Below the pieces are notes generated by a model. That model worked only from the letters and a program-made list of their open reading frames with translations. It made no database searches and was not told where the DNA came from. DNA of 64,000 nt from an uncultured euryarchaeote (GTDB lineage Archaea > Thermoplasmatota > Poseidoniia > Poseidoniales > Poseidoniaceae), in assembly GCA_937899865.1 (NCBI GenBank), contig CALBRH010000051.1, positions 64,001 through 128,000 of the forward strand. Reading direction: 5' to 3'. Position 1 is the stretch's first letter. Each line of letters opens with the position of its first letter. Shown here piece after piece: positions 8,773-17,829 of the stretch. The translations under genes and the position numbers were made by a program.

Positions 8773-10341
8773 CTAAAATCCACTTGGAGCCATCCATGTT
8801 CCAAATTCATCTTTCATAGCTCCCATTATTTCTCCGAGTGTACAGTTATTTTTTATCGCTTGAATGACTATTGGAAATAAATTAGTGTCATTTTTAGCAG
8901 CATTTCGTATTTTATTTAATGATGACTCTACAGCATTATTGTCCCTAGAAGATCTTAGAGATTTTAATTTGTTACGTTGTATTTCACCTAACGCATCATC
9001 CAATTTCATAGCCTTAATCGGGACTTCTCCCTCCATCATTCCATGATTTACTCCAACAATTTTCCTTTTACCCAATTCAACATCTTTTAGATGTAAATAT
9101 GCTGAATTATGAATTTGCCTCTGTTGCCAACCTTCTTTGATTGCTGCCATAGCACCACCTTTAGCATCAATCTCTTCTATCATTGATAACGCAGCACTAT
9201 AGATTTCATCAGTTAGATATTCTACATAGTGAGAGCCACCAAGAGGGTCTACCACATCAGCAGCACCACTTTCTTCGGCAATAATTTGTTGAGTCCTCAA
9301 TGCTATTGTTGCACTTTCTTCAGTTGGTAAACCAATTGCTTCATCATATGAATTAGTATGCAAGCTTTGTGTGCCACCGCATACAGCAGCAAGTGCTTGT
9401 ATTGTCACTCGAGAAATATTGTTCAATGGTTGCTGAGCAGTTAGACTGACTCCTGCCACTTGTGTATGGAATCTGAGTTTCTTAGATTTTGGATTTTCGG
9501 ATTTATATCGCTTATCAATTAGATCATGCCATAATTTCCTGGCTGCTCTAAATTTTCCAATTTCTTCGAAGAAATCATTATGACAATTAAAGAAAAACGA
9601 CAATCTTGGAGCAAATTCATCTATGTCAAGACCAGTCTTTATTGCCGCATCTACATAATCCAAAGCGCTTGATAGTGTGAATGCAACTTCTTGTGTTGCA
9701 GTACATCCTGCTTCCCTAATATGGTAGCCACTTATGGAAATAGTATTCCATAGTGGAACTTCATTAGCACAATATGAAAAAATATCAGTTATTAATCTCA
9801 TACTTTCATCTGGTGGAAATACATATGTCCCTCTTGCCATATATTCCTTTAGTATGTCGTTTTGAATAGTCCCTCTAATTTTACTTGCAGGGACTCCTTG
9901 TTCTTCAGCTACAATGATGTACATTGCAAGCAAGATCATTGCAGGGGCATTGATAGTCATTGAAGTCGATACTTTGTCTAATGGTATATCAGACAATAAT
10001 TCGCGCATATCTTCCAAAGTTGAAATTGAAACTCCAACTTTGCCAACTTCTCCAAGAGATAATTCATCATCTGCATCCAGTCCTAATTGTGTTGGTAAGT
10101 CAAATGCGACCGAAAGTCCCTTCTGGCCTCTCTCAAGCAATAACTTAAACCTCTCATTAGTTTCTTTCGCACTAGAAAAACCAGCATACTGCCTCATAGT
10201 CCATAATCTGGAGCGATACATTGTTTCATGTATTCCGCTTGTGTATGGTGGTTGACCCGCAGCGGCCTTAGTATCAGCAAAAGATTCGGGAATATCAAGA
10301 CCTGACAAAGTCTTCCATTCGTCTTTGCGTTCTTCTGCCAT
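8773..10341 (-). CDS. mcmA1: Methylmalonyl-CoA mutase, N-terminal substrate-binding (large) subunit
   Basis: PPYTSGIHETMYR..LWTMRQYAGF, GTIQNDILKEYMARGTY, ISISGYHIREAG, QSLHTNSYDEA. No DxHxxG B12 domain, so the mutase is split. Confidence 0.95.
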   Translation of the reverse strand: MAEERKDEWKTLSGLDIPESFADTKAAAGQPPYTSGIHETMYRSRLWTMRQYAGFSSAKETNERFKLLLERGQKGLSVAFDLPTQLGLDADDELSLGEVGKVGVSISTLEDMRELLSDIPLDKVSTSMTINAPAMILLAMYIIVAEEQGVPASKIRGTIQNDILKEYMARGTYVFPPDESMRLITDIFSYCANEVPLWNTISISGYHIREAGCTATQEVAFTLSSALDYVDAAIKTGLDIDEFAPRLSFFFNCHNDFFEEIGKFRAARKLWHDLIDKRYKSENPKSKKLRFHTQVAGVSLTAQQPLNNISRVTIQALAAVCGGTQSLHTNSYDEAIGLPTEESATIALRTQQIIAEESGAADVVDPLGGSHYVEYLTDEIYSAALSMIEEIDAKGGAMAAIKEGWQQRQIHNSAYLHLKDVELGKRKIVGVNHGMMEGEVPIKAMKLDDALGEIQRNKLKSLRSSRDNNAVESSLNKIRNAAKNDTNLFPIVIQAIKNNCTLGEIMGAMKDEFGTWMAPSGF

Positions 10342-10395
10342 GATGTCGCGAGTAGTTGGCGATTCATCAAAACTACTGTCAAAGCATTCGTTTGA

Positions 10396-10887
10396 CTAAC
10401 AATTGTCACTGGAACAGCTTGGGTCGCCACATCCGCTTTGGCTTTCACTAACGTCAACAACATCTACTTCGAAGGTCAAGTCTTTTCCTGCTAATGCATG
10501 ATTGAAATCAGCAGTTACAGTTTCATCGGAAAGTTCAGTGATAGTGAAAGGTGCAGGACCATGGGGCATTTGGGCTACTAATTGAAAACCTACTTCCAAT
10601 GCAGTTTGCTCTTCAAGTTGGGTAAATTGAGAGCGTGGTATTTGTAAAATTGCTTCCTCATCTCTGTGGCCATATGCTCTATCTGCAGTTAATGTAAAGG
10701 TCTTCTTTTCTCCTATTTCAGCCCCCATTAATTCTTCTTCAAATCCTGGTATCATTTGCCCCTTGCCGACAGAGAATGCCAAAGGATCTCTACCTTCACT
10801 GGAGTCAAATACTTCTCCTGTATCCGGCAATGTTCCTTTGTAGTGTACCTTAACATCCATTCCTTTTGCAACTATATTATTACCCAT
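10396..10887 (-). CDS. FKBP-type peptidyl-prolyl isomerase (SlyD-like) with short Cys-rich tail
   Basis: VKVHYKGTL, FDSS, GQMIPGFEE, AYG, DFNHALAGKDLTFEV. ATG at 10887 after AGGAGATGA. Confidence 0.92.
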   Translation of the reverse strand: MGNNIVAKGMDVKVHYKGTLPDTGEVFDSSEGRDPLAFSVGKGQMIPGFEEELMGAEIGEKKTFTLTADRAYGHRDEEAILQIPRSQFTQLEEQTALEVGFQLVAQMPHGPAPFTITELSDETVTADFNHALAGKDLTFEVDVVDVSESQSGCGDPSCSSDNC

Positions 10888-10891
10888 ATTT

Positions 10892-11803
10892 TCATCTCCT
10901 TTTTGATATACTTTTAATTTCATTTTTCAGCTGTTCACTGATCTCTTCAGTAAGCACAAGTTCCAATGTTTTTTGGTCGATAAATTCCATTGCTGCATCA
11001 ATACTAATGCGTTCACCCTTCGCGATTATTTGACCGAGTACATTAGAACGATGTTCTTCGGGAACATCTGGATTATCTAAAATATCTCTAGCCACGTATC
11101 GGAACTCAAGAATTTTTTGCTTGTTTAGTTTCTTTTCTAAGCGTTGACGCCCACCGCCCTTTTTATCCATGCGCCGTGTCTTACGTTTTTTCTTTGAGAT
11201 TCCTGCAGAAGATTTATCGACGATTTGTATGGTTTTGAACACGTTTAGATTTTTACCAGAATAACCATCTAATGTTTCATCAGTCGAATTTAATTCAGGT
11301 ATATCGGCTTCAATTTCTTTTACTTCATCAGACTCTTCAACAGTTTCAACTTGAGGGGCCATTTCTTGTTTTGTAGTACTTTTCCTCAGTTTAGCATTGT
11401 CTTTTGATTGCTGAGATTTTCTTTTTAATTCAGCCAATCTTTCTTCACGTGAAGGTTTTTTCTCTGTGACGGTTTTTGCTGCAGTAGTTTGTGTAATTTT
11501 TGGAGCAATTACTTTTTCTTCAACTGGTTTTTGAACAACAGGTTGTTTAGCAGTTTGCAAGTCTTTTTTCTCTTCAGTAGTTTTAATTTCACTACCAATT
11601 TTTTTCCTCGCTTCTCTTTGTAAATCTTCTAATGACTTATTCTGTGATGGCTTTGTCGAACTTGCTTCAGCAGAATTAATTTGATTTTCCTGCCTACGTT
11701 TTTCCTTAGCCTTTTCAGCATGACGGCGATTCCTTTCCGCAGCAGCATTTTGTGCAAATGGATTGAATGGAACATCCTTTCTACGTCTATTACGACCATT
11801 CAT
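10892..11803 (-). CDS. Hypothetical protein with Lys/Arg/Glu-rich low-complexity region and globular C-terminus
   Basis: 303-aa ORF, ATG start, ends at the FKBP RBS. No family recognised. Confidence 0.75.
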   Translation of the reverse strand: MNGRNRRRKDVPFNPFAQNAAAERNRRHAEKAKEKRRQENQINSAEASSTKPSQNKSLEDLQREARKKIGSEIKTTEEKKDLQTAKQPVVQKPVEEKVIAPKITQTTAAKTVTEKKPSREERLAELKRKSQQSKDNAKLRKSTTKQEMAPQVETVEESDEVKEIEADIPELNSTDETLDGYSGKNLNVFKTIQIVDKSSAGISKKKRKTRRMDKKGGGRQRLEKKLNKQKILEFRYVARDILDNPDVPEEHRSNVLGQIIAKGERISIDAAMEFIDQKTLELVLTEEISEQLKNEIKSISKRR

Positions 11804-11857
11804 TGAATATCCCCGATATATGGCTCACCATCGACCTCTTAAAACCGTTGGCTAATC

Positions 11858-12862
11858 TTAAGCCCAAATTATTGGCGTCTGGTCAGTTCGCAAGTATTGA
11901 TCAATCGCACTTGTCTCAAACTCAGTAACTCTTCCTGCATTAAGTTCTAACCAACCTAGTCTAGCAATCATAGTACCATTATCTATGCAGTACATTCTTG
12001 GTGGAGCAAAAGATTCGGATTCTCGTTCTTTACACATCAAATCACACATTATCCTTAATCGATTATTACAAGCAACTCCTCCGCCAAGTAAAAGTTCAGT
12101 TTTACCAGTATGAGATAGTGCTCTTTCTGCTACCTCGACGCAAGCAGAGAAAACATGTTCTTGCAAACTCCAACACACTGCTTCCAAAGGCTTACCATTC
12201 TCAACTAATCTTAGAGCAGCAGTCAAAACTCCTGAAAATGCCAGATCCATTCCTCGTACAGCATAAGGCAATTCCAATCCTTCCATACTAGCCTCTGGGT
12301 TTTCTTCAAGCCATTTTGCAGCCAGTTTTTCAATTACTGGGCCACCAGGAAATGGTATGCCTTGTGCCCTAGCAAATTTATCAAGCATATTACCAATACC
12401 AATATCTAGTGTCTCACCTAATACTCGATATTTTCCATCTAATCGTGCTATCACTTGAGTATTCCCGCCTGAAACATATAACAGAACAGGGTCATCACAG
12501 CCACATTGTTGTCGCCCAATTTCAATATGTGCTACACAGTGGTTTACTCCAATTAAAGGAACATCAAATTTAGATGCTAATCCTCTGGCAATAGATGCGC
12601 CAATACGTAAACATGGGCCAAGGCCAGGTCCTTGTGAATATGCAATAGAAGATATGTCTCCAGTAGAAAGTGATTGGCTAGCCAATGCTGCCTCTAGTAG
12701 TCTTGCTGCAGCTTCTTTATGGTGGTCTGCAGCTTCTCTTGGATGAATTCCACCTTTTTCTGGCTTAATCGTCGATGTAGATGAAGGGAATGGTATGCCA
12801 TTTTGATCTACTAAACCAAATGATAGAGTGTGTGCAGTAGACTCAATACCTAGTGTCCACAT
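11858..12862 (-). CDS. kae1: tRNA N6-threonylcarbamoyltransferase Kae1 (KEOPS)
   Basis: LGIESTAHT, GIHPREAADHH, GPGLGPCL, HCVAHIE, LYVSGGNTQ, DIGIGNMLDKFAR, CIDNGTMIA. Not fused to Bud32. Confidence 0.95.
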   Translation of the reverse strand: MWTLGIESTAHTLSFGLVDQNGIPFPSSTSTIKPEKGGIHPREAADHHKEAAARLLEAALASQSLSTGDISSIAYSQGPGLGPCLRIGASIARGLASKFDVPLIGVNHCVAHIEIGRQQCGCDDPVLLYVSGGNTQVIARLDGKYRVLGETLDIGIGNMLDKFARAQGIPFPGGPVIEKLAAKWLEENPEASMEGLELPYAVRGMDLAFSGVLTAALRLVENGKPLEAVCWSLQEHVFSACVEVAERALSHTGKTELLLGGGVACNNRLRIMCDLMCKERESESFAPPRMYCIDNGTMIARLGWLELNAGRVTEFETSAIDQYLRTDQTPIIWA

Positions 12863-12925
12863 ATTGCCTCACCCGTTTGTCCCATCAAGCCATTATTCTT
12901 GAACCCTCACCTATTCCCCTGTTAT

Positions 12926-14191
12926 ATGCGGACCGTTTTATTCAATTGCGGACCGATTGTCAGTTTTGACTCAGATGCACCTTTAGTTGGCCAAAATATG
13001 ACTAATGAGGACTGGTTAATCGCTGATGGAAAAGCAATTATTGTTGAAGGCAATCAAATTGCAGAAATTGTAGATTCAAAGACAGCATTGGATGATTATT
13101 CATCACATGTAGATAATTCCGAGACTTCATTATTTGATGCCAACGGAAAGGCAATCATTCCAGGTTTGATAGACTCTCATACACACATTGTTTGGGGTGG
13201 AGATCGTTCCAGAGAAGTTAGATTGAGGTTACAAGGAAAATCATATTCAGATATTGCTGCAATGGGTGGGGGAATTAATTCTACTGTTTCAAAGACTAGA
13301 ATGCTAACCCAAGAGCAGTTATTCCATACTGCTAAGCGCAGAGCATTAACTGCCCTATCTAATGGAACAACATTCATAGAGACAAAATCAGGTTATGGAT
13401 TATCTACTGAAAGTGAATTGAAACTGCTTTCTGTAGCGAAATTACTAGACCAAGACGAACATACTCCCGGGATTGATTCAACTTGGCTGGGAGCTCACGC
13501 AATACCGGACTCCCATTCATTAGAGTCGTATACTGAAGAGATTATTTCTCAGCAATTGCCTGCAATTGCTAAATCAGGCCTTGCAAGGTCAGCAGATGTA
13601 TTTTGTGAACCAGGTTGGTTTGGCATAGATGAGTCAAAGATGATTTTACAAGAGGCACGTAAACATGGACTTTCATTGAGAATGCATATTGATGAGTTTT
13701 GTGATGGCGGTGGTGGACAATTGGCTGCAGAATTAGAAGTTGACACAGCAGACCACGCACATTACACCAATGACGAAGCACGTGAAAGAATGAGAGAGGC
13801 TGGAGTTAATACTGGATTCTTACCAGGAACGCCATATTCTATGGGCGCGAATTGGCCAGATTTCAATGAAATGATTAATTTAGAATTGCCATGGACTATT
13901 GCGACTGATTACAACCCCAATAACCAAATTCTAAGTTTGCCTTTTATTGGCTCATGCTTAGTTCAGCGATGTAATGTTGATCCGTTGGCAGCTCTTGCAT
14001 CATGTACAATTAATGCAGGATTTACTACGCCGCATAATTCTGGATTAAGGCACGGTATTATCGCTCCTGGTGCAGTAGCGAATCTAAATATCCTACAATC
14101 TAATCAATGGGAGTCTTGGTGCTTGACTCCTGGGCATACGCCTGTGGATTCAACTATTATGGAGGGTGCTTTAGTCAATAATGAATTATAA
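12926..14191 (+). CDS. hutI: Imidazolonepropionase
   Basis: PGLIDSHTHIVWGGDR, ETKSGYGL, DVFCE, MHIDE, TADH, ATDYNP. Confidence 0.93.
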   Translation: MRTVLFNCGPIVSFDSDAPLVGQNMTNEDWLIADGKAIIVEGNQIAEIVDSKTALDDYSSHVDNSETSLFDANGKAIIPGLIDSHTHIVWGGDRSREVRLRLQGKSYSDIAAMGGGINSTVSKTRMLTQEQLFHTAKRRALTALSNGTTFIETKSGYGLSTESELKLLSVAKLLDQDEHTPGIDSTWLGAHAIPDSHSLESYTEEIISQQLPAIAKSGLARSADVFCEPGWFGIDESKMILQEARKHGLSLRMHIDEFCDGGGGQLAAELEVDTADHAHYTNDEARERMREAGVNTGFLPGTPYSMGANWPDFNEMINLELPWTIATDYNPNNQILSLPFIGSCLVQRCNVDPLAALASCTINAGFTTPHNSGLRHGIIAPGAVANLNILQSNQWESWCLTPGHTPVDSTIMEGALVNNEL

Positions 14192-14253
14192 TTATTTATT
14201 ATTTGTAAAGCAATTAATTTAATTAATTTTATTTGCGAGATAAGGTGATTTTC

Positions 14254-14571
14254 ATGCCAATACTAGAGACTGTAGTTTGTCAAACTGAAAAAGGTAAAGA
14301 GGCAAGATTTGAGAGAATGGTGAAATCAAGAGTTGAGCTTTCTAAGCGACAAGAAGGTTGTCTTACTTCCTGGTATGGAATTTCAAATTCTGATGAATTC
14401 CTCTTTCTTATTCAGGCAGCATATGACAGTATTGAAAAATTTCATGAAGTTAAGAAATTATTAGAAGATACTTTGGATACTAAAGATGGTGGTTTAGAAT
14501 CATGTTTAATTGGTCCACCATTGGTAGGTTTGTTCGAGATCTCTAAAGATTCGCTTAATTTGCCAAAATAG
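14254..14571 (+). CDS. Antibiotic biosynthesis monooxygenase (ABM)-like dimeric alpha-beta barrel protein
   Basis: GKEARFE....R......QEGCL..W pattern. ATG at 14254 after AGGTGA. Confidence 0.65.
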   Translation: MPILETVVCQTEKGKEARFERMVKSRVELSKRQEGCLTSWYGISNSDEFLFLIQAAYDSIEKFHEVKKLLEDTLDTKDGGLESCLIGPPLVGLFEISKDSLNLPK

Positions 14572-14829
14572 TGTACTACATTGTGTCGTATAACACACAT
14601 TATGCGTCATTGGCATAAATATGGTAGATTTACCTTTAACAAAAAATTAGCATATTGACGGCTCAGTATAGCGTTTGAGCCAAATAATTCAGTAACGAAC
14701 ACTCAAGAATTCTTTATTTTCTTGTAATACTCCCCCCATTAAAGCCCAAAACATGCAAAAATTAACAAAAACATATTCAACCAATAGAAGATTTGATATC
14801 AAAATTAATTTTCCAATAAATTGGTAGTT

Positions 14830-14982
14830 ATGTCAGAAGTATCTGGTTATTGTCTCAAGTGCAAAAAATATGGTCCGATTAAAGGTGGTTCTCTGATTAA
14901 GATGTCCAATGGTAGAACAAGAATGTCAGGTACATGCTCAATGCCTGGATGCGGTGGAAAGATTTCGAAAATCGTAAGCTGA
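14830..14982 (+). CDS. Small basic 4-Cys protein, DUF5679-like (50 aa); missing from ORF track
   Basis: Manual translation MSEVSGYCLKCKKYGPIKGGSLIKMSNGRTRMSGTCSMPGCGGKISKIVS*, matching the YCxKC...MxNGR...GxC..CG.K..KI pattern. Confidence 0.8.
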   Translation: MSEVSGYCLKCKKYGPIKGGSLIKMSNGRTRMSGTCSMPGCGGKISKIVS

Positions 14983-14999
14983 AATGAAAACCGATGCGG

Positions 15000-15008
15000 T
15001 TTAATATA
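15000..15008 (+). promoter_or_regulatory. TATA-like box for tRNA-Val
   Basis: TTTAATATA located 24-32 nt upstream of the tRNA 5' end, a typical archaeal spacing. Confidence 0.5.
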
Positions 15009-15031
15009 CGCGACTATTCGCTTTAGATGTA

Positions 15032-15107
15032 GGGCTCGTGGTCTAGGGGTTATGACGTCGCCTTGACATGGCGAAGATCGAGAGTTCAATTCTCTCCGAG
15101 CCCACCA
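15032..15107 (+). tRNA. tRNA-Val (anticodon GAC), intronless, CCA encoded
   Basis: Acceptor stem GGGCTCG/CGAGCCC, discriminator A, then CCA. Anticodon arm TCGCC-TTGACAT-GGCGA, T arm GAGAG-TTCAATT-CTCTC, G at position 15. Confidence 0.97.
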
Positions 15108-15178
15108 CTGATTTAAGATTATATGATGTTGAAAGGTGAAGTATTATTATTGGCTTCTGAAAAGCGAATAAAAAGAAA

Positions 15179-15532
15179 TCATAATTCTTCTATTTTCATT
15201 TCCGAATCAATGTTAACCTTAACTGGAGTTTCCTCCTCATCTCCATCAAAAGAAAAGTCTGTAGAACCACCATCCCAAGTTACTACGTCTTCACTTTGTT
15301 CAAATTCTTCTTCAATGATTTTCTGGTTTGGTCCCATTGAATATGCCAGTGGGTCAATGATTACATCTTCCTTCGGCTTTTCTTCAGGTTTTGGAGCATC
15401 ACGATCGACTAAGTGAGCAGTAGAATGGAAAGCACCACATCCTAAGCATCGAAATGATCCCTTTCTCTCTATGCAACCACAAACAGGACATTCTGCCATG
15501 TTGTTGAAAAGATTCAATTTATCTAATATCAT
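15179..15532 (-). CDS. Zinc-ribbon protein with acidic tail
   Basis: CPVCG...CLGCG motif. Stop of the upstream EF-hand gene is at 15534, suggesting coupling. Confidence 0.7.
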   Translation of the reverse strand: MILDKLNLFNNMAECPVCGCIERKGSFRCLGCGAFHSTAHLVDRDAPKPEEKPKEDVIIDPLAYSMGPNQKIIEEEFEQSEDVVTWDGGSTDFSFDGDEEETPVKVNIDSEMKIEEL

Positions 15533-15533
15533 T

Positions 15534-17738
15534 TCAATCTTCTAAGAACATATCATCTTGATATCCTGTAACTAGGTCACCAGTGCCGTCTTCTTCGATA
15601 GTAACTAATCCTTCTTCGTCATCAAATTCAATAATTGTGCCAAAAACTTCCTCATCTTCCAAAACGAGTCCTATATATGATCCAATGTCGATTTCATCCT
15701 CGTCCCCATCATCATATTCATCATCATATTCTTCGTCAACATCTTCAGTTTCATCACTGTCGGAGTCAGCATCATCTGACTTATTTTCCTTCTCATCCGA
15801 GGACTCAATAATATCTTTCACTTCTTCTTTTTCAGAATCATTTTCGCGCATTGCTTTGACCTTTGCACGCCATGCTGGGACCTTAATTAACTGGACAAAT
15901 AAACCAGCAAAAAGACCAATTGTCCCAAGGATAATGAACATAATTCCATCCCAATAGAAACCGGCCGGCATTGAAATTTCGCTACCTTTACCAGCTAAAG
16001 GTGTTAGAGAATTTTTACACCCATCTATCTGTATTTTATCGTCGCATGGATATGCGTCTCCATTGACATATACTGTCCCATCAGAGGTTGTTGTTTGACC
16101 AAATTCAGTATCCAAGTAGACTGTTCCACCATTACCATCGACAAATGGTGCTAAAGTTCCATTGACTACCCACAATAGGATAAAGAAAACGAAACCGGTA
16201 TGGATAAGTGGCCATACAACATCTTTCCACTTCTTTGAAATCATTCTCTTTTGCCACTTCGAGGGGAATTCTTTCGCTTTTGATAGAGATGTACTCTCAT
16301 CAAAATCAGTTTCATCATGAGATTCCAATGTCTCAATAAATTCAATCATATCGATTGAATCATCACCATCAGAATCAAACATTTTCATCAATGAAGTAAT
16401 AGCATCTTGATCAACTTCTTCATTGGAATGTTCGGATAAGGCTTCTGAAAGTTCATTTCGGTTTATCTTGCCATCACCATTGGAATCGAGTTTTCTAAAG
16501 AATGACCCTGCATTAATGTCTAAGGCATCCATATACTCGATCAACAATTCAGTTGGGGTTTGAGTAATATCGGATTTCATATCAATATCCATTGATTCGA
16601 TGATATCAATTAATTCGAATGTATTGACTCTGTTATCAGAGTCTGTGTCAACAAGAGCGATGATTCCCAATATATCTGATGGAGACAAGTTCTCTCCTGC
16701 AATTTCCTCTATTCCTTTCTGTAATTCAGGGCCATTAATCAGTCCATCATCATCAAGGTCCATTGACTCAAACATAGAACGTATAGTCATGTCTTTTTCT
16801 TGGGCAGCGGTAACTAAAATTCTCAAATAATCTTCAGAAGAAGGTTCATCAACTTCATCATCTTCTATTCGCGCATCTTCAGAATCATCGTCTGATTCTT
16901 CCTCTTCTTCCGATTCGTCCTCGTTTGACGTGTCCTCAGAGGCCTCTTCAGCTTCCTCCTCATCGCCAGATTCATCATCTTCAGTCTCCTCTTCATCTTT
17001 AGATTCAACTTCTTCAACTACGACTTCTTCATCAATAGTTTCTTCCTCAGGTTTTGAATCATTAGATTCAGAAACATAATCTGATGCAGCCTTTTTCAAT
17101 TCAGCTTCAGTCAAGTAGTCATTATTATTTTCATCATAGTCTGCGGCAAATGATAAGAATTTATCCTTATCACTAATCTCATGCTTTTTCATTACTCGAT
17201 CAAGGACATTTTCTGAGTAATCTTTGGCTTTTCCAGATGGTTCATCTTGAACATCGTCAGATTCAGAAAGTTCTTCTCCATTGATTGCAGCAACTAATTC
17301 TTCAAGACTAATTACTCCATCACCATCAGTGTCAACCTCTGAAATCAATCTATCAATTTGTGATGGCGGTAAATCTGCTAAATTCATTTTTAATAGGCCA
17401 TCTTTTAATTCATCGTCATTGATAGAACCATCTGAATCAGAATCAAATTTAGAAAACAACATTTTTGCATCTATTCCAGTATTATTGAACCAGTTTCGCA
17501 AAACATCTAAGACATCGTCTGCTACAAAATAAACACCACATTCAGGGCAACTTTTCGAATCTAATGGTACCAATGCCTGACAAGCACCACATTCACCAAG
17601 TGCTTCATCGGATACACCGGAAAAACGGACCCCACACTCTGGACAATCTTTTGAGTCAAGTGGAATTATCGCTCTACAGGAGCCGCATTCAGCCATTGGA
17701 ATATTGTTTTCTTCAGTGTCGGACATAGTCACACCCAA
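15534..17738 (-). CDS. Multi-EF-hand membrane protein with N-terminal double zinc ribbon
   Basis: CGSC..CPEC and CGAC..CPEC ribbons, seven 12-residue DxDxDG-type loops ending in E, two hydrophobic segments, acidic linkers. ATG 17726 is a possible start. Confidence 0.88.
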   Translation of the reverse strand: MGVTMSDTEENNIPMAECGSCRAIIPLDSKDCPECGVRFSGVSDEALGECGACQALVPLDSKSCPECGVYFVADDVLDVLRNWFNNTGIDAKMLFSKFDSDSDGSINDDELKDGLLKMNLADLPPSQIDRLISEVDTDGDGVISLEELVAAINGEELSESDDVQDEPSGKAKDYSENVLDRVMKKHEISDKDKFLSFAADYDENNNDYLTEAELKKAASDYVSESNDSKPEEETIDEEVVVEEVESKDEEETEDDESGDEEEAEEASEDTSNEDESEEEEESDDDSEDARIEDDEVDEPSSEDYLRILVTAAQEKDMTIRSMFESMDLDDDGLINGPELQKGIEEIAGENLSPSDILGIIALVDTDSDNRVNTFELIDIIESMDIDMKSDITQTPTELLIEYMDALDINAGSFFRKLDSNGDGKINRNELSEALSEHSNEEVDQDAITSLMKMFDSDGDDSIDMIEFIETLESHDETDFDESTSLSKAKEFPSKWQKRMISKKWKDVVWPLIHTGFVFFILLWVVNGTLAPFVDGNGGTVYLDTEFGQTTTSDGTVYVNGDAYPCDDKIQIDGCKNSLTPLAGKGSEISMPAGFYWDGIMFIILGTIGLFAGLFVQLIKVPAWRAKVKAMRENDSEKEEVKDIIESSDEKENKSDDADSDSDETEDVDEEYDDEYDDGDEDEIDIGSYIGLVLEDEEVFGTIIEFDDEEGLVTIEEDGTGDLVTGYQDDMFLED

Positions 17739-17829
17739 TTATCGGAATACTACCCATGATATAATGGTTGACGGGCATTTATGGCTCAAATGTATATATG
17801 ATTGGTCTTATTCGTAAACAGGCGAGACA

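Noticed and set aside
8773-10341. Isobutyryl-CoA or 2-hydroxyisobutyryl-CoA mutase
   Set aside because: The specificity position reads RQYAGF (Tyr), and the adjacent gene is methylmalonyl-CoA epimerase.
15032-15107. tRNA-Val as an integration site
   Set aside because: No integrase nearby and I saw no duplicated tRNA 3' end elsewhere in the window.
15583-15957. Ser-rich plus-strand ORF and the many other 60-170-aa antisense or alternate-frame ORFs in the track
   Set aside because: They lie opposite or within well-supported genes and mirror their codon bias (e.g. antisense to Asp/Glu runs). No motifs or RBS support them.
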